From an uncultured Candidatus Saccharibacteria bacterium (lineage in GTDB: Bacteria > Patescibacteriota > Saccharimonadia > Saccharimonadales > EFPC-124), in NCBI GenBank assembly GCA_965225085.1, contig CBDDBE010000002.1, positions 95,185 through 159,184 of the forward strand: a stretch of DNA of 64,000 bases. The letters run 5' to 3'. Positions 18,204 through 27,432 of the stretch are shown one piece after another (position 1 is the first letter of the stretch; every line of letters starts with the position of its first letter). The translations under genes were made by a program, and so were the position numbers. Below the pieces are notes generated by a model, which made no database searches, had not been told where the DNA came from, and was given only the letters and a program-made list of their open reading frames with translations.

Positions 18204-20138
18204 ATGCAGCGTATTACGAAATATTTTATATCCTTGGACGGACCGACAAAGCTTAGTCTCGGGGCATTGCTGGTGGGCCAAGCACTGTTTCTGGTTGGAT
18301 TTAGGCCGCTGTACGTTGTTGCTCTGTCGGGCTTGCTAGCGGTCGGCCTACCCTACCCCAGGGTAATGCAGAGCATCCTGGCGCGTGTGGTGGCTGGGGT
18401 GTTGCTGGGCATGAGTGTGCTGCAGGTTGCGGGAGCGTTGCAGTTTTTTGTGCTGCCTGGCGGTGACTTTGGTGCGCTGAGCGTCATTACAACGGTGATT
18501 GTCTTGGGGTTGGTGTATGCGCTCCGCTCGATACCGCGGCAGTCAATTGTCATGTTTGATCGAAAAGATTTGGGTGGCATTGTGACTGCGCTGTTTTTTG
18601 CCTTGCCCTTTGCGGTGTTGTGCTTTTGGGGGAACGATCTGGCGCACATTACTACATTTGCCAGCGTTCAGGGGTCAGACGGGGCCAATCATTACACCGC
18701 CATTGCCGAGATGAGCAAGGACCAGCACCTCAACTACCGCACAGTAGCCTATTACCCAAAGGGATTTCATCTGGCCAGCGCATTTGTGCTGCACGGGCTA
18801 TCTCTGAACCAGCCGGACCAAGATTGGGCGGGCAACGCGCGGGTATATGCAGGTCTGTATGTTGTGTGGGGCGTAGTCCTCGCCTATGTGGTGTTTTATG
18901 CGGCCGCGCAGATGGCCGAGACGTTTTCGCGCAGCAAGCGACCGCCATTACTGCTGCTGGCGTTGGCACTGGGCCCGCCACTGGCGCTGATGTATTTATG
19001 TATATTTGGGTTGGAGGGTTTCCTGAACTTTTATTACATTTGCGCGGCGGTGCTGTGCGGGGCGATGTTTTTGTACGATGCAGCGTTGGAACGGCGGGAT
19101 GGGCAATGGCCAGTCGTCGCTTCCCTCTTGCTATTTTTTGGTATCGCTATGAGCTGGGGGCCGCTGCTGACCCCTGCGTTACTCCTGATGCCGGCTTTGT
19201 ATCTCTGGCCGTTGCTGCCCGGGCGACCCAAGGCGCTGGCTAGATTGCTCGTGAGCCGCGAATGGCGTTGGATTACGCTGGTGTTTGTGTTGCAGCTGGT
19301 GCCGCTGTACTTGCACGTGCGCTACGCGCATCTCTCGTCCCAGCAGGGGCTAAATGCAACGGGTGGCATACGAGCGTTTCATTACGGTCCTTTCTTGGCA
19401 GGGTTAGCCATTATGGGGTACCTGCTTGTGGGGCGTTCTGTCGATGCAGCGTGGCGAAAGCTAGCTGGGAATGTGCTGCTGCCACTGAGTATTCTGGTCG
19501 GGGTGTTTGCTTGTATCCAATATATAAGCGTCGGCGAGCTCCGTTACTACGCGATCAAGACTTCATATTTGTTTGAAATTATCGCGTTAGTGGCGATTGC
19601 CGTCGTTGTCGCAGAAGCTTTGCAGCGCAGTCGGGCTACCGCGCTCCAAAGGTGGCTAGCGCTTCCGACGATTGTAGGGCTGGGCATGGTGATGCTGGCC
19701 GGAGTGAGCGCAAACCCATTTCAGCAAGCCCGCAGCATGTTTGGGCCGCTGGTGCATAGCGTGCGGCGCATCGATCCGGATGTGCTGCGCTACACTCAGC
19801 TGGGTTCTGCAGGAGTGCTGGCCACGAATGTTGTTGACATTCACGAAAATCCGGCACATACGCTATCTGGTAACGCACCACTGACTAACTGGGCTAACTT
19901 GATGCAATACGCCACCGATAGCCGGCCGGCTGACGGGCTATGTAGCGGTCGGATCTTTAGCCTCGAGACCAGCCCGCTTAGCAGCGGCAACGACCAGAAT
20001 CAGCAATTGACCGTCGCGGTTAAGGACTGCATTGCGGCGGCAAATGCCAGGCAGCGGCCATTTTATATTGTGACGGATGCCGGTTCGGCCCCCCAGCTCC
20101 GGGATATCTTCGGCTCACAGGCAACGTACGTTTATTGA
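18204..20138 (+). CDS. Polytopic membrane protein, GT-C glycosyltransferase-like
   Basis: More than 12 hydrophobic segments, loop motifs SDGANHY and YYPKGFH, C-terminal soluble domain; function inferred. Confidence 0.6.
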   Translation: MQRITKYFISLDGPTKLSLGALLVGQALFLVGFRPLYVVALSGLLAVGLPYPRVMQSILARVVAGVLLGMSVLQVAGALQFFVLPGGDFGALSVITTVIVLGLVYALRSIPRQSIVMFDRKDLGGIVTALFFALPFAVLCFWGNDLAHITTFASVQGSDGANHYTAIAEMSKDQHLNYRTVAYYPKGFHLASAFVLHGLSLNQPDQDWAGNARVYAGLYVVWGVVLAYVVFYAAAQMAETFSRSKRPPLLLLALALGPPLALMYLCIFGLEGFLNFYYICAAVLCGAMFLYDAALERRDGQWPVVASLLLFFGIAMSWGPLLTPALLLMPALYLWPLLPGRPKALARLLVSREWRWITLVFVLQLVPLYLHVRYAHLSSQQGLNATGGIRAFHYGPFLAGLAIMGYLLVGRSVDAAWRKLAGNVLLPLSILVGVFACIQYISVGELRYYAIKTSYLFEIIALVAIAVVVAEALQRSRATALQRWLALPTIVGLGMVMLAGVSANPFQQARSMFGPLVHSVRRIDPDVLRYTQLGSAGVLATNVVDIHENPAHTLSGNAPLTNWANLMQYATDSRPADGLCSGRIFSLETSPLSSGNDQNQQLTVAVKDCIAAANARQRPFYIVTDAGSAPQLRDIFGSQATYVY

Positions 20139-20154
20139 CGGGAAGAAATACAAA

Positions 20155-21207
20155 ATGAGCAACGCAGATTTTCAGACGATTATGAAACGAGCGACGGTAG
20201 CTATCGAGGCAGAGATGCCGGCCGTCGAGAGGTATATCGCTTCGTCATTCCCCAGTGGCCATCCTCTGCGCCAGGAGGCTGTACGGTTTGTATTAAACGG
20301 CGGCAAGCGTTTTCGACCGGCACTTTCGTATTTGGTGGCGGAGGCATATGGCCAGCGGGATGCGCGGGTACATCTGGCGCTCGAGACATTTCACAAGTAT
20401 CTACTGGCGCATGATGATGTCATTGATCGTGACGTGTTGCGAAATGGATCACCGACGGTCCATGCCAAGCTAGCGCAGCTGCGTGGCGATGCTAGCGACG
20501 CTGTGCATTTTGGTAACTCCCTGGCGATAATTGCGGGGAACCTCATGGAGGCCGCGACACAGCGGATTATTCTGGAAACAAAACTGCCCGCTAAGACGAC
20601 TCGGTCGTTGCAGCTGCTTATTAACCAAGCCGTGAATGAAGTGACGTGGGGCTGGTGCGATCAATTCATGATGGATTACGAGCCGCTCGACAGTCCCGGG
20701 CTCACGCAGGAGCGTATCGAAGAGTCGTTGATATGGGTGACGGGGCGGTACAGCATCAAGCTGCCGCTGTATTTTGGCCTTACCGTGGCAGGCCAGCCCG
20801 TGCCGGATGGCCTAGAGAAGTTTGCTGACACCGCGGGGCTACTTTATCAGACGGGCGATGACGTCATCGGTATCTTTGGCGACCAGCAGAAGACCGGCAA
20901 ATCGAATGCTGGCGATCTGCTGCAGGCCAAGAAGACGCTGCCGCTATGGTTTGCATACCAGTCTGCAAATAGCGACGATAAGGCGCGACTCATGAGCATC
21001 GTCGGCAACCCGGCTGCGACTGTCGGCATGCTGGCCGAAGCTCGCGAGATTATTCGCGCGGCTGGCCTGCCCCGGGCATTACAACGTATGGATACTTGGC
21101 AGAAGGAAGCAAAAAAACAACTCCAAGCGGTAAGCGCATCGCTGCCCGGCGAGTTAATAGAATTTTTGGATGGCTTTATCGATTTCTTGGGAGCTCGGGA
21201 TTTCTAG
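20155..21207 (+). CDS. Polyprenyl (trans-isoprenyl) diphosphate synthase, probably short-chain
   Basis: GGKRFRP, FARM YLLAHDDVID, SARM-like YQTGDDVIG, TGK...GDL...KKTLP. Confidence 0.9.
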   Translation: MSNADFQTIMKRATVAIEAEMPAVERYIASSFPSGHPLRQEAVRFVLNGGKRFRPALSYLVAEAYGQRDARVHLALETFHKYLLAHDDVIDRDVLRNGSPTVHAKLAQLRGDASDAVHFGNSLAIIAGNLMEAATQRIILETKLPAKTTRSLQLLINQAVNEVTWGWCDQFMMDYEPLDSPGLTQERIEESLIWVTGRYSIKLPLYFGLTVAGQPVPDGLEKFADTAGLLYQTGDDVIGIFGDQQKTGKSNAGDLLQAKKTLPLWFAYQSANSDDKARLMSIVGNPAATVGMLAEAREIIRAAGLPRALQRMDTWQKEAKKQLQAVSASLPGELIEFLDGFIDFLGARDF

Positions 21208-21587
21208 CTAATATCATCTTGGCTGCTGTTCAGCCACACAATCGCCTCGGTCTCATTATCGAAGCCGCGGAACGCTGATTTGTTGAGGTTCAGCGTAGAG
21301 AGCGATCCGAAAAATATTTCGCTGAGTTCGTTCTGTTTGACGACAACTGCAACCTTGGAGAATTGACGCAACTTCCACAAGATCGAAACGCCTTTCAGCT
21401 GAACTGGCAGGCTTACTGCCGCATTGACTTCTTGAATGTTGTCCAGCAGCTTATTGACGCCCGTTTCGTGGCTTAGCGCTAGCGCGGCCTCAGCTGGTTC
21501 CTCTAGCCCTTCTACCTCAAGATCACCCCAGGTTTTGAGATAAATATAGTCTGTGCGATTTTCGACGGTGAATTGTTTTTCAGCCAT
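21204..21587 (-). CDS. STAS/SpoIIAA-like small protein
   Basis: KLLDN, KVAVV and FDNETEAIVWL pattern. Confidence 0.65.
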   Translation of the reverse strand: MAEKQFTVENRTDYIYLKTWGDLEVEGLEEPAEAALALSHETGVNKLLDNIQEVNAAVSLPVQLKGVSILWKLRQFSKVAVVVKQNELSEIFFGSLSTLNLNKSAFRGFDNETEAIVWLNSSQDDIS

Positions 21588-21657
21588 GATTAACTCGCTT
21601 ATTTTCTAATGGCAGTATAGCAACGGTTATCGAGCGTCGCAATGCTACAATGAGCCT

Positions 21658-22818
21658 ATGCAGACAAATGCCCTCACCTATCTCCTTCAGGAAACTTGGA
21701 AAAGCCCTATCTTTGGCGATTCATTTCATGTCGATGCTTCCCTGCTCAGCAGTACTGTCATGCAGGACTTCAAGGCCCTGGCCACTGGATTCTCTGAGGA
21801 TCTGTACGGGTATATTCGCCCTGCCCTAGCCGATTTGCGCGACGACCAAGTTCGCGAGATAGTCGCCCAGATAGTTCCCAAGACGGTGAGCTTCTGCCCG
21901 GCCCTGGCCGCTGGCGAACTGGATGATTTGCCGCGCCTGCAGGCCGTATCAGTGGCAATCGGGCTGATGTATTGGGCCGATCAGACTATGGACCGCGGTG
22001 ACGTGACGATGCCTCTGGCTATCCGGTTACTGGGGCATGAGGCTCCCACTATCGCCGCAGAAACGCAGAAGCTGGTCGACCCGCAGCTGACTGCTCTACA
22101 AGGGATTTCCAAGGAAGTGTCGGTATTTGCCAGGCCTGAGGATACTGCGCTGGTGCTGGACTGTTTTGACCAGCAAGTCCTGATGAACGAAGTGCGCCTG
22201 GATGATCTGAGCCGCGAGTTCCAAGACGTGAACGACCAGGCTGCTTTTCTGGAGACCCACGCAGTCGATATAGCCCGGTTCATGGTTATCGATGCTGGCT
22301 TCCCAAGCGTGTCGTCGTCGCTATATGCCATCTATCGCCAGCACGATCGCCAGCTCCCACCTTTGTCGGAAGTGTATGATACGCCCGAGCTGGCAAAATT
22401 ACTTCGGATATGTAACGCTGTCGTGCGCGTGGCCGACGAGTTGGGCGATTGGGAAATCGACGCCGGTAAGCATCCTGAATGGGGCGATTTTAGGATTAAT
22501 CTGTTCAACCAAGCACACCCGGCGCTCATCGAAGCATTTCTGACTGAAGCGTGCGTAGAGGAGGCTGGTGCGGTTGCGCAGCTCACCCACGCTTTCGAGC
22601 ATTTTCATGACGACGCCGCGGCGCGCGCAAAATATGGCGATGCCATTCTGGATGTTTTCTTCGACCATGCCCGGACGGCCGTCACCGCTCTCCCCGCGCC
22701 CATTCAGGAGCGCCATGCGCGCTATATAACGCTCTGCAAGAGGGTTCTAGAGATTGGATACGTTAACCGCATGGGTGACATGGTTTTGGCGCAGGGAGAG
22801 GCTGAGAGCGGCCAGTAG
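21658..22818 (+). CDS. Class I isoprenoid-synthase-fold protein (terpene synthase/ComQ-like)
   Basis: Helical-looking protein with Asp-rich motifs WADQTMDRGD and RVADELGDWEID...G...N, and a late RY pair. Confidence 0.65.
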   Translation: MQTNALTYLLQETWKSPIFGDSFHVDASLLSSTVMQDFKALATGFSEDLYGYIRPALADLRDDQVREIVAQIVPKTVSFCPALAAGELDDLPRLQAVSVAIGLMYWADQTMDRGDVTMPLAIRLLGHEAPTIAAETQKLVDPQLTALQGISKEVSVFARPEDTALVLDCFDQQVLMNEVRLDDLSREFQDVNDQAAFLETHAVDIARFMVIDAGFPSVSSSLYAIYRQHDRQLPPLSEVYDTPELAKLLRICNAVVRVADELGDWEIDAGKHPEWGDFRINLFNQAHPALIEAFLTEACVEEAGAVAQLTHAFEHFHDDAAARAKYGDAILDVFFDHARTAVTALPAPIQERHARYITLCKRVLEIGYVNRMGDMVLAQGEAESGQ

Positions 22819-22849
22819 GTTTTCGTGGTGGCCTGAGCGACCGATAATC

Positions 22850-22880
22850 AAAATGCCCGTCGGAATGACGGGCATTTTTG
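22850..22880. terminator. Bidirectional intrinsic terminator
   Basis: AAAATGCCCGTC / GACGGGCATTTT between convergent genes. Confidence 0.8.
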
Positions 22881-22894
22881 CGTTTTTGACTATT

Positions 22895-23050
22895 CTATTC
22901 CAACCAGTACTTCCAGATCGCCATCAGGAGGAAGGCGAATGAAAGTGCCGTGAACACAATGACCATAAAGCTATCGTAGGTGCTTTGCCGGGTGGCAGCC
23001 GCAGATGGTTTCTTGCGGCTGCGCGTGGCCGGACTTTTTTTCGTTGCCAT
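22895..23050 (-). CDS. Small 51-aa single-pass membrane protein ending the pilin operon
   Basis: Hand translation MATKKSPATRSRKKPSAAATRQSTYDSFMVIVFTALSFAFLLMAIWKYWLE; 12 nt after the pilin stop and before the terminator. Confidence 0.7.
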   Translation of the reverse strand: MATKKSPATRSRKKPSAAATRQSTYDSFMVIVFTALSFAFLLMAIWKYWLE

Positions 23051-23062
23051 CGGGTGGCCAGC

Positions 23063-23533
23063 TTATTTCGTTACGGAGATAGTCTTACCTTGTTCGGCAA
23101 ACGGTGCAGATACCACGAGGCGTCCGTTGACGTCTTTGTTGATCTTGTAGCCAACACCGTTCGTGGCGCAGACTGTGCTACACTGTGGGTCCTTTGGTAT
23201 CGATACGACGTATTTACCGCTAGTGGTAAGTGCAGTAAGGTCGATAAGACCTGTGCATGATGCCGCACCAGTTGCACATACTTCAGTAGTCGTCGTGGTG
23301 ATGCTTCCTGGCAGCGCGCCGTTGTTATCGAGCGCGTATTGGTATACGCCGTTGATGATCGTGTTTACGTCGGCCGAACGCTGTGAGTTACGCGCATCAC
23401 CGAGGTTCTTGCCTGGGTTGATTGCAATAATAACAATACCCGCAAGGATAGCGATAATTGCGACCACCAGCAAGACTTCTAGCAGTGTGAATCCTGCCTG
23501 AGTTTGCTTCTTTATTGATGTGAGACTTAGCAT
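23063..23533 (-). CDS. Type IV major pilin
   Basis: Class III signal QAG|[17 protein letters not shown]; four Cys in the C-terminal half. Confidence 0.9.
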   Translation of the reverse strand: MLSLTSIKKQTQAGFTLLEVLLVVAIIAILAGIVIIAINPGKNLGDARNSQRSADVNTIINGVYQYALDNNGALPGSITTTTTEVCATGAASCTGLIDLTALTTSGKYVVSIPKDPQCSTVCATNGVGYKINKDVNGRLVVSAPFAEQGKTISVTK

Positions 23534-23568
23534 AAGATCCCGCCCTTTCTTAGTGCTGTTTAAACTTT

Positions 23569-23970
23569 TTAGCTTACTTCCTGCCAAGAAGTAATGCTTA
23601 TGCTTGACGATCCAATTGTAACATAGATCTGGAGTTTTTTGACAACGTTTCCGACCGTTCCAGCGGTCGTAATAGTGCGTGTAGAGGCGCCGGTGTTGGT
23701 GACGGTATATGTGCAGCTCCCCTGCCCCAACACCACCGAGTTAGTCCCGGTGAATGCCGTGGCGTCATGAATTTGCTGCAGAGCCTCTTCACCACAGGCC
23801 GTGGCTAGCCCCCGCGCTTGCCGCGCTTGCTGCTCGATGAGGCTGCTGCGTTGTGCGTCGGCGCCAACAGACAGCATAACTAGGCTTATTGCCGTAGCGG
23901 CCGCGCTGACGATCAACACGACAAGCAAAGCGATATAGCCGGACTGCGATGAACGCTGAGTATCTACCAT
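23569..23970 (-). CDS. Minor pilin, PilX/GspK-like
   Basis: SG|[10 protein letters not shown] (no Glu5); [13 protein letters not shown] helix. Confidence 0.75.
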   Translation of the reverse strand: MVDTQRSSQSGYIALLVVLIVSAAATAISLVMLSVGADAQRSSLIEQQARQARGLATACGEEALQQIHDATAFTGTNSVVLGQGSCTYTVTNTGASTRTITTAGTVGNVVKKLQIYVTIGSSSISITSWQEVS

Positions 23971-24479
23971 CCTACCTCCGCCGAGCTGGTAAATGTGCGC
24001 TGATAGTCGTATTCGTTGCGACTGTTTGGATTGGTCCGTCCCATAGTGAAGCTAACTTGTACAATGCCGCCCGTGCCCGACCTGGTCAAGTTTGTGAACG
24101 TTAAACTCGATATTTGTACATCAGCACTCGTAAGCGCGACTGCAGCTGCGGCGCCCTCGGTCACCTGTAGGGTTGTACCGCTCAGGTTGAAGACGGTTGG
24201 ACTCAGGCTGCCGGTCGGCACCACAAGTGTAAGCGAACTGGCGCTCGCCGCAGCCGCAGGCGCCGTGATGGATGTGGCGTTGCGGATGGTCCTCAGCATG
24301 TAGTCCATGACGGCGGTACCTTGGTCGTTTACTTCCAGGATGCTCTGGGCTTTCACCCGAGCATCCACGGCTGCACCAAAAAAGTACGTGACCGAGCTAA
24401 GCACCATGCTCACGATGACCGCGTACAGCAGAAGCTCGATGAGAGTATAGCCGGTTTGATTTGTGCGTAGCTTCTTCAT
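23964..24479 (-). CDS. Minor pilin, PilW/GspJ-like
   Basis: TG|YTLIELLLY prepilin motif. Confidence 0.8.
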   Translation of the reverse strand: MKKLRTNQTGYTLIELLLYAVIVSMVLSSVTYFFGAAVDARVKAQSILEVNDQGTAVMDYMLRTIRNATSITAPAAAASASSLTLVVPTGSLSPTVFNLSGTTLQVTEGAAAAVALTSADVQISSLTFTNLTRSGTGGIVQVSFTMGRTNPNSRNEYDYQRTFTSSAEVGW

Positions 24480-24480
24480 A

Positions 24481-25911
24481 TTAGTTTGGCGCAAATGTTA
24501 TTTCCTGCAACGTGGTCGAGGCGCTTGCGGTCACGGCGATATCGTATGTGCTGCTGTAGGCTACGCCAGTTATCGAACTGGTGGTACCGGTGACGTCGAG
24601 CGTTTTGGCCAAAGTCATGGATGCGGGCGTGCCGATGTTGACTACCTGGAACTCACCGGTCGTGCTGGCGGTCCCTACCAGGGCGTATTGGTGGGTAGCA
24701 TCGGTGTCAATGTCGTTGATAGTGCCCGCGGCCGTGAACGTACCCAATCGTACTGGTGCAGTGGGCGTAGTGATATTGATGGCATCTAGGGTGGTGCTCA
24801 TGCCCAGTAGTACGGTATTGCCGTAACCCGTGATTGATAGCGCCGTTAGGGTTGTGGCCGGATTGTAGGTCGCTGCCAGTGCTGGTGCCGTCGGCGTCGT
24901 GACGTTGATGACTAGCATTTCCTGGGACGTTGACGTGGTGGCCACATAGGCGAAGTTGCCGCTAGCGTATATCTCGCTCATGGCGATGTTGTTATTGTAA
25001 CCACCAACGATGGTGGCTGATGCGGGCGTTGTAACGTCAACTACATTGAACTCATTGGCCCCTGTGGTTGAGTCGTTGCCTCGTATGAGGTAGGCGTAGT
25101 TACCATTGATCGTAACAGCCCTTGAGGTGCTAGTCCCGGCCGAATAGGTCAACGTCTTTACGAGCGTTGGGTTGGTGGGCGTTGTAATATCGATAACTTG
25201 TAGTGCGGCCGACGTTGAACTGGTCGTGACATAGGCATAGTTACCGCTTACGGCTACGTAGGTCGGCGTGTTGGCGAAGCTTTTTGTGGCGACGACTGCC
25301 GGCGCGCTTGGTGTCGAGATGTCGATGACGATGAAGTTGTTGCTGCCCGATATGCTGCGCACCATGTATGCATACTTACCCTGGACGGCGATCCTTAGCC
25401 CGCCCGTCGCGCCAGTGGCTGCGGTGCTGCCAACCTGGATGGCATTTGCCCACGACTTGATGGCTGCCGCCCAGTTCATAAGCTGACTGATCACCGTGAC
25501 GCTGCCGGTAGTGCTGCCGGCCTGTGGCCAGGTCACGGTGCTGGTGATGGTTTTGCGATTGGCGGCCGCTGTCGCTACACTAACCTGGCGGGTATAGATC
25601 CCGTTAACGTCGGATGACCCTGAAAACGCCCACGTACCACCGCTCTTTGAGAGCCCGTATGTTGAATCGACTAGGTTGGTATAGGCCGCCCCACCGATGT
25701 TGCGTGCCGCGTCAATACCTTCGTCGGCTAACATCATAGCCAGTTGTCGGTCGTTAGCATTGTCGGCCGAAGCGCGCCCGTATATCAATGCCCCACCAAG
25801 CCCGGCGACGATCACCCCGAACACAGCCACGGCTAGAAGAACCTCGGCAAGCGAAAAGCCAGCAACCCTTTGGTCTGACCGGCGATTAATAATCGACCAT
25901 ACCCTTGGCAT
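24481..25911 (-). CDS. PilV/GspI-like minor pilin fused to LVIVD-like beta-propeller repeats
   Basis: AG|FSLAEVLL; repeated (V/I)xGxYAY...(L/F)xV(I/V)D(I/V)xTP units. Confidence 0.8.
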   Translation of the reverse strand: MPRVWSIINRRSDQRVAGFSLAEVLLAVAVFGVIVAGLGGALIYGRASADNANDRQLAMMLADEGIDAARNIGGAAYTNLVDSTYGLSKSGGTWAFSGSSDVNGIYTRQVSVATAAANRKTITSTVTWPQAGSTTGSVTVISQLMNWAAAIKSWANAIQVGSTAATGATGGLRIAVQGKYAYMVRSISGSNNFIVIDISTPSAPAVVATKSFANTPTYVAVSGNYAYVTTSSTSAALQVIDITTPTNPTLVKTLTYSAGTSTSRAVTINGNYAYLIRGNDSTTGANEFNVVDVTTPASATIVGGYNNNIAMSEIYASGNFAYVATTSTSQEMLVINVTTPTAPALAATYNPATTLTALSITGYGNTVLLGMSTTLDAINITTPTAPVRLGTFTAAGTINDIDTDATHQYALVGTASTTGEFQVVNIGTPASMTLAKTLDVTGTTSSITGVAYSSTYDIAVTASASTTLQEITFAPN

Positions 25912-26323
25912 TGACGGTCACCGTCCTGGTTGAATTAGTTGTGCTCGTTAGAGTGATGCTGCCTGTTGTGTTCGGCGAGGCACTGAATTTAGCAAATTGT
26001 ATTTCGCTCAGGCCGCTTGGCGTGACCGATGCTGGAATAGTCACGCTCTCGTCATAGGCGGTGTTGCGCGTGGCATAGCTGGTCCCCTGGAAAAGCGTAA
26101 TGGTCGTGGATGTAATTTCGACGCTCCAGGCGTTATCGTAGGCAACCGCCCGCGCATATGTTTCGGCTCGTCGTATAACGCTGGCCAGCTGTTGGGCGAT
26201 CAGATCAAGGTCGTTGCGGCGTACGAACGATTCGTACACCGGTACAGACATGCCGACGAGCATGCTGATGATAGCCACCGATAGCAACATTTCCAGCAGC
26301 GTGAATCCCGCCGTTTTGTTCAT
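25886..26323 (-). CDS. Minor pilin, FimU/GspH-like
   Basis: AG|FTLLEMLL prepilin motif. Confidence 0.8.
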   Translation of the reverse strand: MNKTAGFTLLEMLLSVAIISMLVGMSVPVYESFVRRNDLDLIAQQLASVIRRAETYARAVAYDNAWSVEITSTTITLFQGTSYATRNTAYDESVTIPASVTPSGLSEIQFAKFSASPNTTGSITLTSTTNSTRTVTVNAKGMVDY

Positions 26324-27432
26324 TTGTTTAGCCCCCCGACCAGACTGTAGATTGGCAGGATGACGGCGACGGCTACGAGTAGGACGCCCGCTGCGACGAA
26401 CAGCAGCAAGAACGGCTCGAGGATTGCCTCGAGGTTTTCGGTCGTGGCGTCAGCCTTTTGCTCATACGTTCGGCCGATGGTCATCAGCACGGTCGAGAGC
26501 GAACCTGAACGCTCACCCGAAATAATCATTTGCTGCACGGCTGGTTCTAGTAACTTCTTGCTACTGCGATAGCTGGCTAAGCTCTCCTTGAAGCTGTAGC
26601 CATCGTCCAGGTTTTTGCCTAACTGCCGATAAAGCTCCTGGTATGGGATTGAGCTACTGGCCGCTACCAGCAGGCCAATTGCTTGCGTTATGGGCAGCCC
26701 AACTTCTAGCAGCGTGCCAAACAGATACCCAAACTGTGCGACCTCTATCTCGCGCATCAATCGGCCGATGCCGGGCAATGCGAACAGGATGCGCTGGCCA
26801 ATCCATTTGGTGCGCGGAAAAGCGAACAGAATATATCCAAGCAGGATACAAAAGGCGATAAATCCAGGCACAGCTACGATGCCGTACTGTTTTAGGAAGA
26901 TGCCAAACTGGATTACTACCTGCGAGAGGGGCGGCAGTTTGGCATTGAGCTGCGAAAACGTGTCGCTCAGCCGTGGCAGCAAAAACCACGCCACGCTGAG
27001 CCCTACAACCAGCGTCAGGCCAAGAACGAATGTCGGATAGATCAGGGCCGAGCGCAGTTTCGATCGGAACATGTGGCGCTTCTCTTCCTGTTGGGCGGCC
27101 AGCTCCAGGTTATCAATCAAGCGTCCGGACTGCTCGCCTAGCTGTACGAGCGCCAGTGTTTGTCCGCTGACGATTCCGGATCGTTTCAGCGCGTTAGCGA
27201 GCGAAAAACCCGCTTCGATGTCGGCCTGCATGGCAGCGAGGCGTTGCTTCATAGCTCGGCTGCGGGTAGTGGCCGTCAGGGCGTCAAGTGCTTGGCCGAT
27301 TGACACGCCGGATTTTAGGAGGAGCGCCAGATTCTGGCTGAAGTATTCACGCTCTTTGAACGCAATGTGACCAAACCGTTGTTTTTTGGCTGGTTTTTTT
27401 GGTGCAGGTGTTTTCTCGGCTTTTTTAGGCAT
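26320..27432 (-). CDS. pilC: Type IV pilus/T2SS inner-membrane platform protein (PilC/GspF)
   Basis: LALLLKSGV, GEQSGRL, SALIYP, GERSGSL, ILEP motifs. Confidence 0.9.
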   Translation of the reverse strand: MPKKAEKTPAPKKPAKKQRFGHIAFKEREYFSQNLALLLKSGVSIGQALDALTATTRSRAMKQRLAAMQADIEAGFSLANALKRSGIVSGQTLALVQLGEQSGRLIDNLELAAQQEEKRHMFRSKLRSALIYPTFVLGLTLVVGLSVAWFLLPRLSDTFSQLNAKLPPLSQVVIQFGIFLKQYGIVAVPGFIAFCILLGYILFAFPRTKWIGQRILFALPGIGRLMREIEVAQFGYLFGTLLEVGLPITQAIGLLVAASSSIPYQELYRQLGKNLDDGYSFKESLASYRSSKKLLEPAVQQMIISGERSGSLSTVLMTIGRTYEQKADATTENLEAILEPFLLLFVAAGVLLVAVAVILPIYSLVGGLNK

